A program made the position numbers and the translations under genes. The notes under the pieces are model-generated. The model worked only from the letters and a program-made list of their open reading frames with translations. It was not told where the DNA came from and searched no databases. 64,000 nucleotides of DNA. Origin: Ascidiella aspersa. Taxonomy: Eukaryota. The stretch is taken from assembly GCA_963924565.1 (NCBI GenBank), contig OZ004610.1:8246001-8310000 (forward strand). Direction: 5' to 3'. Shown here piece by piece: positions 25,001 through 40,000 of this stretch (position 1 is its first letter; every line of letters begins with the position of its first letter).

Positions 25001-28000
25001 TAAATCACCTACGTTGTTATTTTATAGTTGAGTTTTAAAATCAGTGTTTTCTGCAAAATGTTTGCCAAACACAGCAAGTATGTCTCGAAAAGGGACGTAT
25101 TCAAAATCACGACATTGTTAAAGAATTATATTTAAAGTAAAGTCAGATTCTGCACAATTGTTGACTTGAAGTGTTGGGTTAAAGCAGTGCTTTCCGACCA
25201 GTGGGTCGCGACCTATTGGTGAGCCGCGAAGCTACTTTAGGTGGGTCGCGAAGTATCTCTCACTGTTACAGTTTTCTATTATATCGGGAAATTACTGCAT
25301 TACCATTATGTAACATTTATGCATCAATATCACAAAAACGTAACAATTATATGTGTTATGTCGCATTACCTATTTCACTATGTACGCCAATAGTAAAGAT
25401 GCAGGTTTTATGTAACTTTTTACCTCCTTGTGGTTCGCACAATAAACCTTGCATTAAAACTGGGTCGCGAATTGAAAAGATTGGAAAGCACTGTGTTAAA
25501 GGATATAGATCATACTTTACTGAGAAGTCATTTGAACACGTTATTTGTTATAATCCGCGTAGTTTATAAACATAACTTATTTTAAATGACAAGCAAGAAA
25601 TGCCTGTTTGTTTGTTTGTTTGTTTGTTTGTTTGTTTGTTTGTTTGTTTGTTTATGCCGTTTTGATTTGTAATATTGTCGCAAAATGTTTCTGTTTCGCG
25701 TAGTAAGAATATCAACGCCCATGTGGAATTAATATTTATTCACTTTAACATAGAGATAAAAAATGCTACCTACTTCCAGATGGGCTTTAATCTTTTTACT
25801 ACGTCTAACTACAACCCTTCAACAATTATGCAAGTTTCTACTCCTGTTTATCGTATCAATCAATTTTGATCAATTCAAGTATTTTCCGTTTGACATGACA
25901 AAAGTTTTGCCCCTTATAAAAATGTTTGACTTAGTTTATGATTGTACGAACTTTACAGTTAAGTTTAGTTACGCTTGGTCTGTTTGGTTTAACGTATAAA
26001 ACCACTTGCAGCAAAACGTATCACTAATTGTTATAAGCTAAAAGGTAGCCCAAAAACATGAAACATAAATACGTAAACCGACTTTTGATTTTATATAAAA
26101 CCTTGGTTTTCATGTTAGCAGTTCAATGTTAAATTTTCTCGATGAATTTTCAACACGTTGAACAATTGAAATGGAATTAACATAGCGGTATTCGATTAAA
26201 CAACTGTCTGTGATTTTGATCGTCTTGTTCGGGATACATTTTACCACTTTTGTTACCTTTCTAGGTAATTTTTCCCCATTGGGAACTAAACTCTCTTGAA
26301 ACCACCTTGTCGGAGCGTATGGAAACGCATACATTGATGTCCAAAGAAGTAAGGAGTCTTAATTATTGGTTAAAGTCGTATAGTTATGATGGAATACACG
26401 ACCAAAGCGACAACGTAATCAATGGTAGGACTCAACGTAAATATCCAGTTTTGCAAGACGGAGACAAAGGATGCCCTATTGAAGAAGCAAAGGTTTGACC
26501 ATTGCTAAATGCCAAGATTAAAAATGCAGTACTTGCTTTTTATTTATATGAAACTTCACAAGAGAAGTCGCTGAGACAATTTAATTAGATTATTTGTAGG
26601 TGACTGCAAGTTGGTAACGAGATTTAAATCAAAATCGGTTTGTGTTAAATATTACACCTTGCATTATTGCATATTAAATCTAGGCTAAATCAAGATGCCT
26701 TTTTCAACCAAATCAACGGTTTTAGTATTTTTTGTTATACTTTTTAATTTCATGAAAAGTTCTTGGAATATTTTATCTAGTACAGGTACAGCACAGTATT
26801 GTAATCTTACTACTATAACATAATCGAATTGCTTATTTTTCTGCTCATTCCACGGTATAAAGCTTAGTGCCTTTTTGCTTTGGGCTAGGATAATGTAAAA
26901 TTTGATCTCTTCTACTTTTGTGAATGTCTATTCAATTAAGTCCATTCTTGTAAACTGCATGTTATCTGTATGAAAGTTTTATTAGTATACTTATAAATTA
27001 GTTTGTTCAAGTTTTGCAAATATTTATGAAATTACTTCTATGTTGACAAACTTGACAAATTAAAATCACAACTATAGATAGTTAAGGTAATGTATTAATA
27101 CCTTATTTGGTAATGTATTATTTCTTTATAAAAGTATGTACTTAACTAATGGAATGTGCTGTGAAGCAACAGAAAACACTTCACATACATATAGTCAAGC
27201 GTTTATTTGTAGTAACCACTTTTAATTAATACTATCAAAACAGATGAAAGAGCAAAGGTTTTTTATCTATGATTTATGTGCACCTTTTAATACCTAACAT
27301 TTTACTATATTCTTGATAAAAATTATTTTTTTTATCAAACAAACTTGCGAACCGTTAAAAACATAGTTTGCTAAAATATTATTTTACCTTACTGCGTGAT
27401 ACAAATTGTTGCTTTTTATTTACTTAATAAAAATAGTTTCATTCTTTTCCAGGAGTTTTTCGAAAATTGTTTATCGATTGTTGACAAAAAAGTGAACGTC
27501 GCCTCGACAATTAAAACCACGAAAGAGCAATCATCATTACCACAGAAGGAACCCCCAAGACTAGAGGATCGAGTCAAGTTTAAAAACACCTTTAGCGAGG
27601 GGGTTGCTGATTCGACAAAGCGAGATTCAAACTTGACCAAATCTTCAAGGTGGGATCAGAAACCCGATGATCTATTGACGTCAGAAAAGGAAAACTCCGT
27701 GACGTCAATCGACAAGTTGATTGCCAAGCAACGGCGGATCGCCAGCGAAAACCAGCCACAGGAAGTTTTGGAAGACTACTCTAGTTCGGACGCTGAGCAT
27801 CAAAAGAGCTGCGTGAATCGAACTACTCGGAGTAACGCGGACCCCGTCGCATCCTCACCGACTAACGAGACATTGAGTAGTTCTTCGAGTTCGGAGTCGT
27901 CCGCTAAGCGTGGGCCGCGGTCAAGAATTCGCTTCTCACGACGCGAGTCTGAAAGTTCCTCAAGTTCATCGTCGAACGCTTCAGATCCTGATTCCGTCTC

Positions 28001-31000
28001 AAACAAGAAGTTCAGGAGAAAACGGAAGCAAAAAAGACGCTCACTGCGAAGCAAACTTAGTGGGCTAAACAACCTTGAAAGCAACCGCTCAAGTTCGAGC
28101 TCAGACGCATCTGTCAATCCAACTCAAAACAGTCCAAGGTTTGCTAGACAGAGAACAGTCACGCTTCTCAAACCTGTGAGACGTTCGCACAGCTACAGTT
28201 CGACTTCGTTCGACTCTAACACGGATACAAACAGCGACATTTCTGAGCCGGCTGTAGCGGGCAACGGAGCATTTTCTAAACGAACGCATTCTGCGCAGAT
28301 TCCACATAGTCCGCCACGTCAATCAACCCCTACTTCGGACAAGCCTAAAAGCCCACGTTTTCCTGGAGTCCAGCAACGCGTTGTTCGTAGACTGATAGGT
28401 TTGAATATGGGCACTAGCAGTGATGAATCGCAGTCGGAAGCTGACACATCTCGTTCAACTGAGTTTGACACAACCTCTAGCGTAAAAAACTCTGCACCTG
28501 ACAACTCATTCAACCCTCAACAGACCCCAAATACCTCGTCCCTGCAGCCTGATATGATTTCGTCTACCTCGGGTGGTGCATTGACGGCAGCAAACTACGG
28601 TCAATCCAACACGTATCCGTTCAACATGATGAAGGTTCCGGTTCTGCTGACTCCGTGGCCGCTCATATACAGTGGAATGAACCAGCAGCCGCCATACGCC
28701 CTGCCTCAATGTCAAGTCGTGCCCAGCAAACAGTCACTCCCATCTGCCATGCCCATGTTATGCACTCAATCGCTGCCAGACAACAGCTTGAGCACGGTAC
28801 CGTCCATTAGCCAACCAGCAGTACTTGCTGCACCGAAAGCAGAAGCAATTCAGCAGCGTCAGCAAAAGCTAATTGGCAATAACGCTGGCTCAAAGAGAAA
28901 CAGCTCTGAGTTAGACAACCCTGACGCTGACTGGACACAGTCGAATGACGAAAATACACGCGGGCTGCTGAAAGTTAATGCCAACAACAACAACACATCC
29001 GCCCGTTTAGCAGCGCAAGTAACAATGTTCAAGTCACAGCAGTTCGTTATCAGCGATGACGCACTATTGTGCAAAAAGCCTGAAAGCAAAGTTCCTAAGC
29101 GCAACGCAGCGAACAAGCAACAGGAGGCTGCTGAATTGGGCGCATATTGCATAGAGAGCAATTCATTAACTGCACACAATGGCGGCGGCGCACTGACAGC
29201 GCCAGAGGCTATATTAAGCGCGTCGCTAGGTTCATCGATCGCACAATACTCTCGTTCAGTTTGCACTGACGCCAACCACAAACAGGAAAAGGCAAGCCAC
29301 CGTCGTTCCTCGCTCGACAGTGCTGCCTATTCTCATAGCAATGCTAGCGCCGATGACATGTTAACAGCTGGAGACGACGCCCAGGCTGCCGACTGTCAGA
29401 AAGCGAGAAACAGGATCAGCGAAAGCTTTATATTGCAGAGCCTGGCCAAGCCAAAAAGCTCGCGACAAAGGTTGGTTGAAATAGTCGACAAGTTAGCGCA
29501 GGAATCGGCCGAGTTCAATGAGGTGCTTTCCGACTGGAATATACCGGATTACTTTAACAGGGAACTGTCAGTTAAAGCAACGAGCCGCTCTGATGAATCA
29601 CGCACGCTGCGAATGACGGAATTTGATCGCAGTTACAAGCACCGTCATTTCAGCTCGCAAAGAAACACCGAGTACGAAAGGAATAGTCGCCCATACAACG
29701 GGTACCGCTCGTCTTCGAGCCAGGAAAGGTCGAGCAAAGGTTCGAGTGTTGAAAAACGACAAGTTCGCGTTGCAGAGAAGGCTTCCAGCCCGGTCGAAAG
29801 AAAGCTGGCGACTTTTGTCAAGTCTTCCAACCTTTCGGAGCTCATTATTTCTATTCGACAGTCGGTACAGGTTAAGGAGATGTCCAGCGATTCGTCGTCG
29901 GAACACTGGAATTCCGACGTGGAAGACATCAGCGACACTTCGCTTTCGTGCAGTGACTGGGAGACTTCGCCTTTGCGGAATACGACCTTGGACTGTATAA
30001 ATGCCGATTTGATTGGGGGTAATGCTGAAACCTGTTCGTGGCCTTTTGAGGACGAGTCCGCATCCTGGGACTTTGATGTCTTCGGCATTTTGCTGGAAAT
30101 TGACCAGAAGTCAACAAAGAAAGCAGATGTTTTTAAAGTAGCGCAACCTATGGAAGTGAACAGCCAGTCCAGCACTTCAGTCAAGCAAAAACTAATCGAT
30201 GTCCCAGTAAGCAACAGCCTTACTCATACGACTAGTCCGACTCCTGTCGTTTCCAGAGATGCTTCATTTGCTAATCCAATACCAAAGAAGCCTTCCACAG
30301 TTAAACAGACACTGCTTACCCCTTCTGCCCACATTGCACCGAAACTTTCCAAAATTACTGGATTCGAAAGTGCTTTGCAAAATAAATTGAACACTCCAGC
30401 CGCAAAACCTCAAGGTTCTTCTGTTAGCCCTAAGTCAGCACAGAGAGCAAAGGTGTCCCGTGTGTCTTTGCCTAAAGGCCACATCTCTAAAACAGTAACG
30501 AATGCCGGCAAAGCCTCGTCAGTTGCAATAATCAGTAAGGAAAACCTTAACCAACCAGCATCAGGTGTAATTTCTAACCCAAAGCCTGTTTTACAAGCTG
30601 AGAATTCGAATCTTGCCAAAAAGACTGCTGTGCCGAAGACTGGTGGTAATACATCTTTGGCAAAACTTTCAAGTACTATTTCCAATAATACAACACAACT
30701 AAAAGGCCCAATTACGTGTGCAGTAAAACAGTCAACGACTTCTGTGACTAGGGCTATGGATTTAGGACACAAATCGGGTACAACCGTAAAGGCACCGGCA
30801 TCCTCAACAGCAGATGCTGGTACAACGTCACCATCGAAAAAAAGGCCTCAACACGTTTCTATCAAACAACCGACCGCAATAGCTTCTTTGACGCAAGGTA
30901 GCATCCCATTTTTACAAGCTACAAGTTCTCACACTTGCAACGCAGATGTCACAGTTACACAATTTAATATTGAGTTGTCTGACAAGGTTGAAAGAAGTTC

Positions 31001-34000
31001 GGCGGGCGAGGTAAGCGCAATTTCAGATTCTGTTGAGAAAGTTCAAGTTTATACAAGCACAGAGTCGCCAAATCTCGGGCAACTTAGTTCGGTGCTCAAA
31101 ACAACCCTAGTTTCTGCGAGCACAGCTTTAAAAAAGCGTGAGCAACCTAGTTCGTTTTCCGAGAAAGTTCCTATTTCAATTTCGAATAAGGTTGACAAAC
31201 GTTTATCCATGTCCGACAAAGCTATAGTTACAACAAGTACAGTTTCGAAACTGCCAACTTCAGAGTGCGACATCCATTCAATCCAAGTCAACATCGAGGA
31301 TGTCAAGTCGGCGATTTGCACAGCGGTACAGAAAAGAATGAAAAGCGCCGATTTGGGGACCGACGAAAGGTTCAAGACACGCAAATCAACTGTTGATGTT
31401 CTGACATGCCCGAAGACTGCAGAAGCTTTGCCAACGGTGAAACCTAAAAGTACAAAGGTTGATAACAAAGTTAAACTAGCCAAGAGTTTTGCTGCAGTCG
31501 AGGAAGTAAGTTCGAGTTGCACGGAAAACACCATTGACACCATCGAAAAACTTTTAGTACCCTCGTTTAACGATACAAGGAAGCCGAAGCAAGGGTTGGA
31601 CGAAAATGAAAATGAAAGTAAGGAAGTTGAGTCAGAAAAATTGAGTAGCGGAGCCAAATCAATTCTACCCAACGTTACATCAACAGACAACACAACTACA
31701 CTTCCAACGTCTGATGTCACGGAGCAAACGAGCACAAATACGCCAATGGATTATTTGGGTAACAAAAAAGTCGAAAATTCTCCAGCACGAAGAGAAACAG
31801 ATCAGACTAAAATAAGTGACATGAACGGCAAGGAAGAAGAATGCTCGTTGAAATTAGACAATTTCTCGATGGAAACTGTAAAGGGTTCTACCGAAACTAA
31901 AACCGAACCTTTGGTAAAGATATGTCCAGCAGATTCGACCAAGGTAATACACGACCCTGAACTAGAGCAGGCCAAAGATACCATTAATAAAGGACCTTGT
32001 AACACTACAGATGCTGTTTATATTCAAGACGAACCCAACTTGTTGAAGAAAGGAAACAAAGAACAATCCGTTGATCTCGAAGTTAACCTCAGCGACGCAA
32101 ACAATAGATTTTGTGCATTTGACAAGACGCTATCTAATCTAAAAGCGGGTAACCAGATTCCAATTTCGAATGCAAACTGCGACCTTAGCGAAATGCAAAC
32201 CGCGATTCCTAAAGTTGTGACCAAACAATCGTGGAAAAAGAAACTGCTCGAGAAGGCCATTGTACAAAGCAGCGACTTGGTGGCTGTGGAAGAAATTAAT
32301 CGAATAAGGTTACAGCTTTTGCTCAATAAACCTAAACAACAAAGTGAAAACAATGACACCAACCTTAGTAAGGAACAAGGACCAGTTGATTCACCTAAGA
32401 CAGTGTTATCAAATGACGCATTTGTTGAAGAAGTCCACGATTTTTCGTTTGACTCTGAGGTGAAAACAGTCGAAGTTCAAACCAGTCCAGTAGAATCTGA
32501 AGAACTGCCAGAGAAGCAACAAAGCAACGAAACAAGTTGCACCATGCCAGTAGATTTCACACAACACTGTAGAACGTCGATTGACGAAGACGAAAACCTA
32601 AATATTTGTATTTCTGACGCCACTGTGGAAGTCGCCAACTCCCTTGAAATTGAGTCGGACATCGCCTGTTGTCTTGAAGTTCAATCAGAATGTTTGAATA
32701 CCGTTGAAACAGGATCGGTTGTCAAAGAAGCTTCGGCGAAACCACCACCTTTTAAACCCCAGCCTGTACTTCACAACAAGATTAACTCTGTAAGCAATAG
32801 ATTTCAAAATACCAACAAAACTGGCAAAGAAAAGTCAAAAGGCGTAAAGCGAAAGTCCACCGTAATCAAGAAATCCACAAAAGGCCAGAGACCTGGCCCG
32901 GTAGTTTCAACTGGATCCGCCAAACGTGCAAAGCTCCCCAAACTATCGTCTGCTTCCAATCCACCATCTAAAGCCGACTGCGAGGCATCGTCCGACGTCA
33001 ACGTTAGTTTTCCACGCTTGGTATTAACTCGCTCCAACATGGAAAAGCTTAACAAAGCCCCGAAACCTGCTAAAACGATTCCAACTAAGCCGCTGAGAAA
33101 CCAGACAAAACAGAATCCCCAGGTTTCAAAAACCAAATCTAGCCTTGTCCAGATCGCTGCTAGTAAGTCCTCTACCAGCACGTCAACGCCCGGCAATCTT
33201 GTGACTCACTCCAGTTCAACAACATCAAGAAATCAGCGCCCAAAGGTGATTGTACCCACTCCGAAATCTCCGCTGTCGTTCTCTAAAAAAGACCCACAAA
33301 TATCAGCAACTTCAGCGAATATTGCCGCACCGTCGAGCCATCGAAAAAACCAACAGGTTTCCAGACCTCAAGAAGTGGAAAGTTCAACAAAAGATGAAAA
33401 ATACCCCAATTTACCACAAGATTCTGCAAAAACCGTGACACCATCTTCTAAAGAAAAGCGGCAGAAAGTTCAAAAGTCAAATAAAGCGGACTTTACCACC
33501 AAGGCTTTTGTGGATGATGCAACCTCAACTAAGATCACTTTGCCTTCGAACAAACGTCCTGACATCGTTTCGTCGTACCCGGACATTGTTGTTTCTACGA
33601 CAAATCAAAACATTCAGCCAAAGCAGCCAGCCGTAAAGTCGAACTTGATCGAAACTAAGCAGCTTTCAATTGTGCTTTCCGATCTCAAGACGGCGCGCAA
33701 TTGCAAGCATGAGAAGATGTACCGAGCCGCAACGAAACGCAAGCCTCTGCCTTCTATTTCTTCTGAGGACGAGGAAGATACACCGGCGACTGATTGTTTG
33801 CTGGATCAAGCTTCTCTGATCGCCCCGACGATCGAAGAAGACGAAGATGATGAGGTTGTGTTCGTGTCCGTTCTGTCCAATAAGAATTGGAAGGAAACTG
33901 TTCTCGGAGTCGAACGGACAACTTCGGACGAGAACCAGGTAAGTCTTGTATGTCCTAACCTGATTTGGTCTGTTTCCTAACATCGATTTTTGATATTTCA

Positions 34001-37000
34001 ATACGATGTTATACGTTAGTTTTCAGTGCGTTTACGAACGTACTGTAACTGAACAAAAGCGCTGAAGCATTGCATTACTTTTTTGTCTGACAAGTTTATG
34101 CAATCACCAGCACGTAGGGTACGGACGTACTGATATCCTTTATGATCACAATGTATTTTAAGTACCAATCGACCATAACGTAGAAAGGCATAATGATCAG
34201 TTTTCTTACCCGGTGTACGGTGTCACTATAACCATGTGTGATGTATTTATTTAGTACATGCTTACGACCAAAAGCAATAAACCTGAGATGAAAATATCTA
34301 CGCTAAGTGTACACGTCATATGGATGTATGCCACAAAAATCTGCAATAAAGATTTTAAACATTTGAAGTAGTGTTTGATATTATTACACGGGAAATATAA
34401 AGACGTATAATTTATACATTCTAAATACCTGTGTCTCATGTAGCATTTCAACATACATATAGCATGTACGCTATTACTTCATGATAAATGATTGTTGCAT
34501 AATGCAATAGTGTGCAGTAACAGTAAACACGATCCGTAACGTTACCTATAAATATTTAAGACCTTTCTATTGCATAATTGTATTTAAGTCAAACTGTTTG
34601 TATTAAACAAGGAAATGAGTTATGAACCATGACAAAGAGTTAACTGTTAAATTGTTTGTTGAACTGTTACGTTTATCTATTTTGCTAGGATGCAAAAAAG
34701 GGGGTTGAAGACAAAACGACTATTTGCGACAAACTTTACAAGTCTGAAGACGTTAAACCTGATATTGAAGTTAAGCAACCTTTTCAAGTTGTCGAGAAAG
34801 CGAAGACAAAAACAACGGACGAAGATTTACCAAAAAAATCGAACAAGGATGAGGTAGTATTTGATTTACTCAAACTCTTTTCAAAGTCCTTTAATACTTC
34901 TTTTAATAAGGTCAAAGAGGTGAATATCGTTCCAGCTGAGTTGAATAAGGCATCAACCGATGTTGAGATGCCTTTGCCTGAACCAAAAACTTCATGTATT
35001 GAAGCAACATTTCAAAGTCGGATAAATGACGATTCTTCGAAAAACAATGGTTTGTTATACGTTTAGAAAACGCCGTAAAACGTTTAAAAAAGTTTTAAAA
35101 CTGATTTATATAGTGCATTAGGATGTGAAACAAAATTTGATCATAATTTTATATAATTTTAATTTTGCTACACAAGTTTATATTTTGCTTCGCGTCTTTT
35201 TAATATCGAAGCCCATACGATTTTCGTCTTACTCAACTGTAACAAGGGTTCATACATATCTTAATGCGATTACTATTGACAAAGCAAGGATATTCATGTG
35301 AATTGATCAACCTTCTTTTAAAACATCAACCTATTTCCGTATTTTTAAACATCAATGTCTTACCAGGGCCATCTAAACAACCGCTATCAACAAGTACAGC
35401 TGAACTTCCAAAGGTGTCAGCTGCAAACGAAGAACAAAAAGAAGCTTCAGAAGGCTGCAAATCAACTTTACAGCTCAGTGACAGTTCAAAAAACAAACAC
35501 GACTTGTCGGTCGCAGAGTCAGTACCTTCTCTATCCTCTACCAAAACGGCAAGCAAAACCGTTTCGCCCAACGACAGTTCTATTGAAAAACAGGACTTGT
35601 CAGTGACCACGTCAAAATGTGATCCGACCGCTACAGAAACGCCAAGCACTAGTAGTCAAAGTAGTTTACCAAGTGCAGAGAAAGCCTTGAACCAGGCGAA
35701 ACCTTCAGTTAAACCTAGCACAGCATCAGCTGACCCACGATTTCAGTCGTTAAACCCTCACAGCAATTGTTACCACGGCATCGTCGAAGTGGAATTACAC
35801 GCGCCGCGAAAGTTCCTCAAAGGCGGAAAGTGGACTCACACCAAGAAAAAAATGTTCAGGAAACGAAGAATCGCCTATTCCCAAGTGAAGCTGCAACGGA
35901 ACCCCGAAAATTGCAACAACTGCGCCAGCAATTCGTCCAACCTACCGCGCCATCTTGACGTCTCATTGTTGCGTATTCGTGACGTCGCCTTTCTGCTGGC
36001 CTGTGACGTCAAGGCCTTTGTGGCGTATCTGATTTCGCAAAAGATACGCATGTTTCGACCAGACCCGTTTACGCGCCAAGCGTATGAGAATATCTACGAT
36101 CCTGTGGCCCAAACGAACTCGCATATCAAGTCAAAGATGGGATTCAACGAGGAAAAACCGGATCCTGATGCAACGGAGAATCAAATGATTTACATGGAGG
36201 ACCTTTTGAGGTTGATCCTTCCGGTAAGTAGCTGATATGAAACGTTGGTAAACACTTACTTGGAAACTGTTAAGTTATTGCCTAACTTGAGTTCTGATAA
36301 ATTTCTACAAAGTAATATAGTGATGGCACGCGAACAATTGTTTTTTTTTTCATTTGACCATTGTAAAACAATACACAAACTTGGGCTTGGGTAGGGTTTA
36401 AATTTGGTAGTTTATCTGCATATTTTTTAACAAAAAGTAAATGTTGACATCCATGATCCGTAACATAGAACGGAATTTTGGAGATAAGAGTTGGTTGCTT
36501 GACAATAATAAACGAAAGTAAAATGATAGCATATGCTAATATGCACAACTTTGTTATATCCCTGTATTTTATTAACATATACGTTAACTAATTGTAATCT
36601 TACCTTGCCTGACCTTGTGCTGCCTATTGGAATGTAGGATTACGCTATGATATTTTTGCCTATGTGTACGTTACGCATACGTTGTTCATAATTATAATAA
36701 TTGTCGATTAAATCTGTTGACAATCGTTATATATACGTTACGCAACTGCACGTTGTCTATCGGAACGTTACACGATTATGCGTTGTCATCAATACGATAA
36801 GTTTTGTATTGACCACCGTTATATGATACATCACTTAACCATACATTAACAGTCGGTACCCTACCTAATTATACGTTGTTCATAAAAACATTAAGTTTCG
36901 GCTACATGTGTTAATATACGTTATGTAAACGTTACGCGACCATACGTGGTCTGTCGGTATGTTACGCAACCGTACGATGTTCATTCTACTCGGTATGTTA

Positions 37001-40000
37001 CGCAAGATGACGTAAATTACGGTATGTTATCGTTCCTTGCTGAATAATACGTTACGATGCTCAACCATGCATTTGCCCTACAATAGGTGCGCAAGTACCT
37101 ACTGCTTAAATTACCCATCTATAAGTTGCATAATAACTACAAGTTGGCCATCAATTTATGTGACGATACGTTTTCCATCAATACGTTGCGTTATGCGACC
37201 AAACCATGCCTATTGATACGATACCTACATACACTACCAACCCATACGTTTCGGAATCGTAGCATGTTTATTGTTTCGATTTAAACATAAATTGACAATA
37301 TAAGTAAATTTTAAAATGCTGTACATAAGATGCATTCGGAAAAGCTGGCCGATATCTGTCTGTCGATCAGCATTATATTATATGCAAGGTCATGCTAGGA
37401 AAACAACTTATCCGAAGGCATTTTGTGTACTATAATGTTCCGTTATCGTTGACCAGAACGACTCCAGAAGGTCTTGATCACAAAATAAACATTGCGTATG
37501 TGTACGTTTCAGTTTTTGAAAAAATTAATTATTATTTTCTAATAAATTATTTTCAGCATGTTAAATATAACGTCTGTTTCGCGATTTGTTTCAGCAATAC
37601 TTCAAAACACATTTCAACATTGAATCGAAACAGCTTCCGCAATTCGTCAGCGTCAAAACTTACCAGCCGATCAACTATCTCAATCAGGATGTAATAAAGG
37701 TGATTGGTTTGAATTCCTTAATGTTTGTACAATTGATTTAGCAGTAATATGTTAAATATATAGTGTAGGATTTTGAAAGATTTATAAAAAAAACTCGGCG
37801 TTTTAAACTGGGATACTTTAAAAAATAATAATCTAACAAAAACAGATGACATCTTGAAATTACTGTGACTAGTAGTAATAAGCTAACACAATGGCATTCT
37901 CCAAAACGTTGCCCACAATCATTGCACTAAACAAATACAGTGGACTAAACTGCTGTAGAGCGGCACCTCGTCTTTTCCATTGTAAGAGCACAGAGATGAT
38001 GCAACTTCCGTTGTGGCTGTGTTTCTTGCTGCTTGGTATACGAATAAATGAAATGCCCGCTTAGGCTTTTTTATATCCTGATGTACGTCTACAGAACGAA
38101 TATAGAATCGCTTAAAATACTCGTGACGAGGATTTCTGTTTCATTTTTCACATAATGTATTCCACAATGTTGCAAACACTGCATAGAATAGTATTTGTTG
38201 TTGTACTGAATGTGAGGTACTGGTTCCTAATGACCGTTTTTAAATAAGTCCCTTTTATTCTGTAATAGTATTCAGATATTTACTTGTCTGATAGACTTAG
38301 ATATTTACTTATCTAGATCAGTGTTCTTCAAAGTTGTTTTGACGAACTATGCACCCTGTTTACTTAAAAGGTAAACTGAGGTATAAAAAAACAATATAAA
38401 AATCGTTATGCATAGCATATCAATATCATCATGTCAATTAAACCGGGCTGAGATGCCGAAGTGTTACACACTTTTCAGTGAAAGTTTTTTCACTGCAGGC
38501 TGCTTGCAAGTACTATTGCATGTCAGAAAACAGCATTCAAACAAACTTAAAATAGCAAAGAGACTGTTTAATGACTTTTTGTCTACGAATTTGTCAAATA
38601 TTAATGGTTCATTAAAAGTTTGTGATGCACCCTTGTATATTTTTTGTTCTGGTGTTGCCCATGCATGATTTGGTGCAATTCAAATAAGACCGTTAAACTC
38701 TCAACTAAAATTATAATATTAAAGTTACGCAAGAGGCAGTTCGCAGCACATTAAACTTCATTCAGATAACCTATACAAGTTGGCTAAACTTATTTGTTGA
38801 TGACGGACTTGGACAACTATAGATAATTCTATTTTTGTATTTCAATAAACTAAAGAAAAATCCAGCTAATTTTGTAACTCTATAATCTAATTTGTGAATT
38901 GCTTGTGTGCTCTATAGTTCTAATCTAATTCGGATTTTACCAAACTGCAATTTAATCTATCAGTTAAAAAAGAATTTGTTAAAAAAATGTACAACTCTTT
39001 TATCAGGAGGACTTGTAGGTAATTTTTACAGCCTATATAAAGTATAGCCTATGCAAAAAAAAAATGAAAAAAAAAATGAAATGCTCTAATATTAATCCTA
39101 ATCTAATTACAAAAAAGCTTAAATAAATTTAGTTGACCAAGTCGGATTGATGGTCTAAGGTACGGCGCCTTTAGTCTGAAAACGCCAAGATTGGAAGCAT
39201 GCGAAGCGCTAATTTTTTATATTTACGTAGTTAAAGTAAACCAAACTATGGGAAACGGCCCAGTTTGTACATGAGGTTGCGGGCCGACCCCTGGTATATA
39301 TATATAGGATATATTAAATGTTCTTCGGATGTATTCAACTGATTTCTTTTTTTGTCGCAGATGTTCGCCGAATCGTTCGCGTTCAACCAGTTTCTATTCA
39401 ACCAAGACGTTGACTTAAAGACTGAGCCACCCAAGCAGAAGCGAAAGCGGAAAAGCAAAGACCCCACATCTGTTGGTACCGATGTTAAGCAAGCCAAGGT
39501 GGCCAAGGTCGCTCAAGGGCCAAAGCCACCGAGCAGTATAAATCAAGTTGCAAGATCTCCTGTTAAAAATCCACATATTGAAGCTGGGGATATTCCATCC
39601 TCAAGCTCACAGCCAGGCGTTCCAATTGCGGATACCGAAAATATGGTTTTAAATGCAGAAGTTCAACAAGATTTGTCCAGAAAGCAAAATCCAGTAGGGG
39701 CAAGCTTACCTATCGCACCCACCCAATCAGGGAGCTTAAATCAATCCTTGAGCCCACAAACAACCGTCCCAATCCCGAATACCGCCGTTGCGAATCAAGC
39801 AGGACCCAGCCCGTCTCAACTGTTGCTAACGTATTTGGCAGGTTCGACTGCTAATTCAAACCTGCAGGGTGCCAACTTTTCCGCGACGCCACGGTACCAA
39901 GCGGCCGCACTGAACCAGTTCGCCCCGAAACCCTTCGTAACGCTCAAATCTCAACAAGGGGACGGTTCACAACCGCAGCTGGCAGGATTTCCGCCGTACA

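Noticed and set aside
27416-34001. Many 60-230-aa antisense and off-frame ORFs over the giant exon
   Set aside because: Expected shadows of a long Ser/Thr/Lys-rich coding frame; no recognisable domains.
39140-39210. tRNA-like sequence (TGGTCTAAGG A-box)
   Set aside because: No intact B-box or cloverleaf; at most a decayed SINE fragment.
2540-39360. ORF-track N-termini at 2540, 12287, 27396, 35264 and 39352
   Set aside because: They begin in intron sequence upstream of clear acceptors (exons start at 2608, 12364, 27453, 35367 and 39361).
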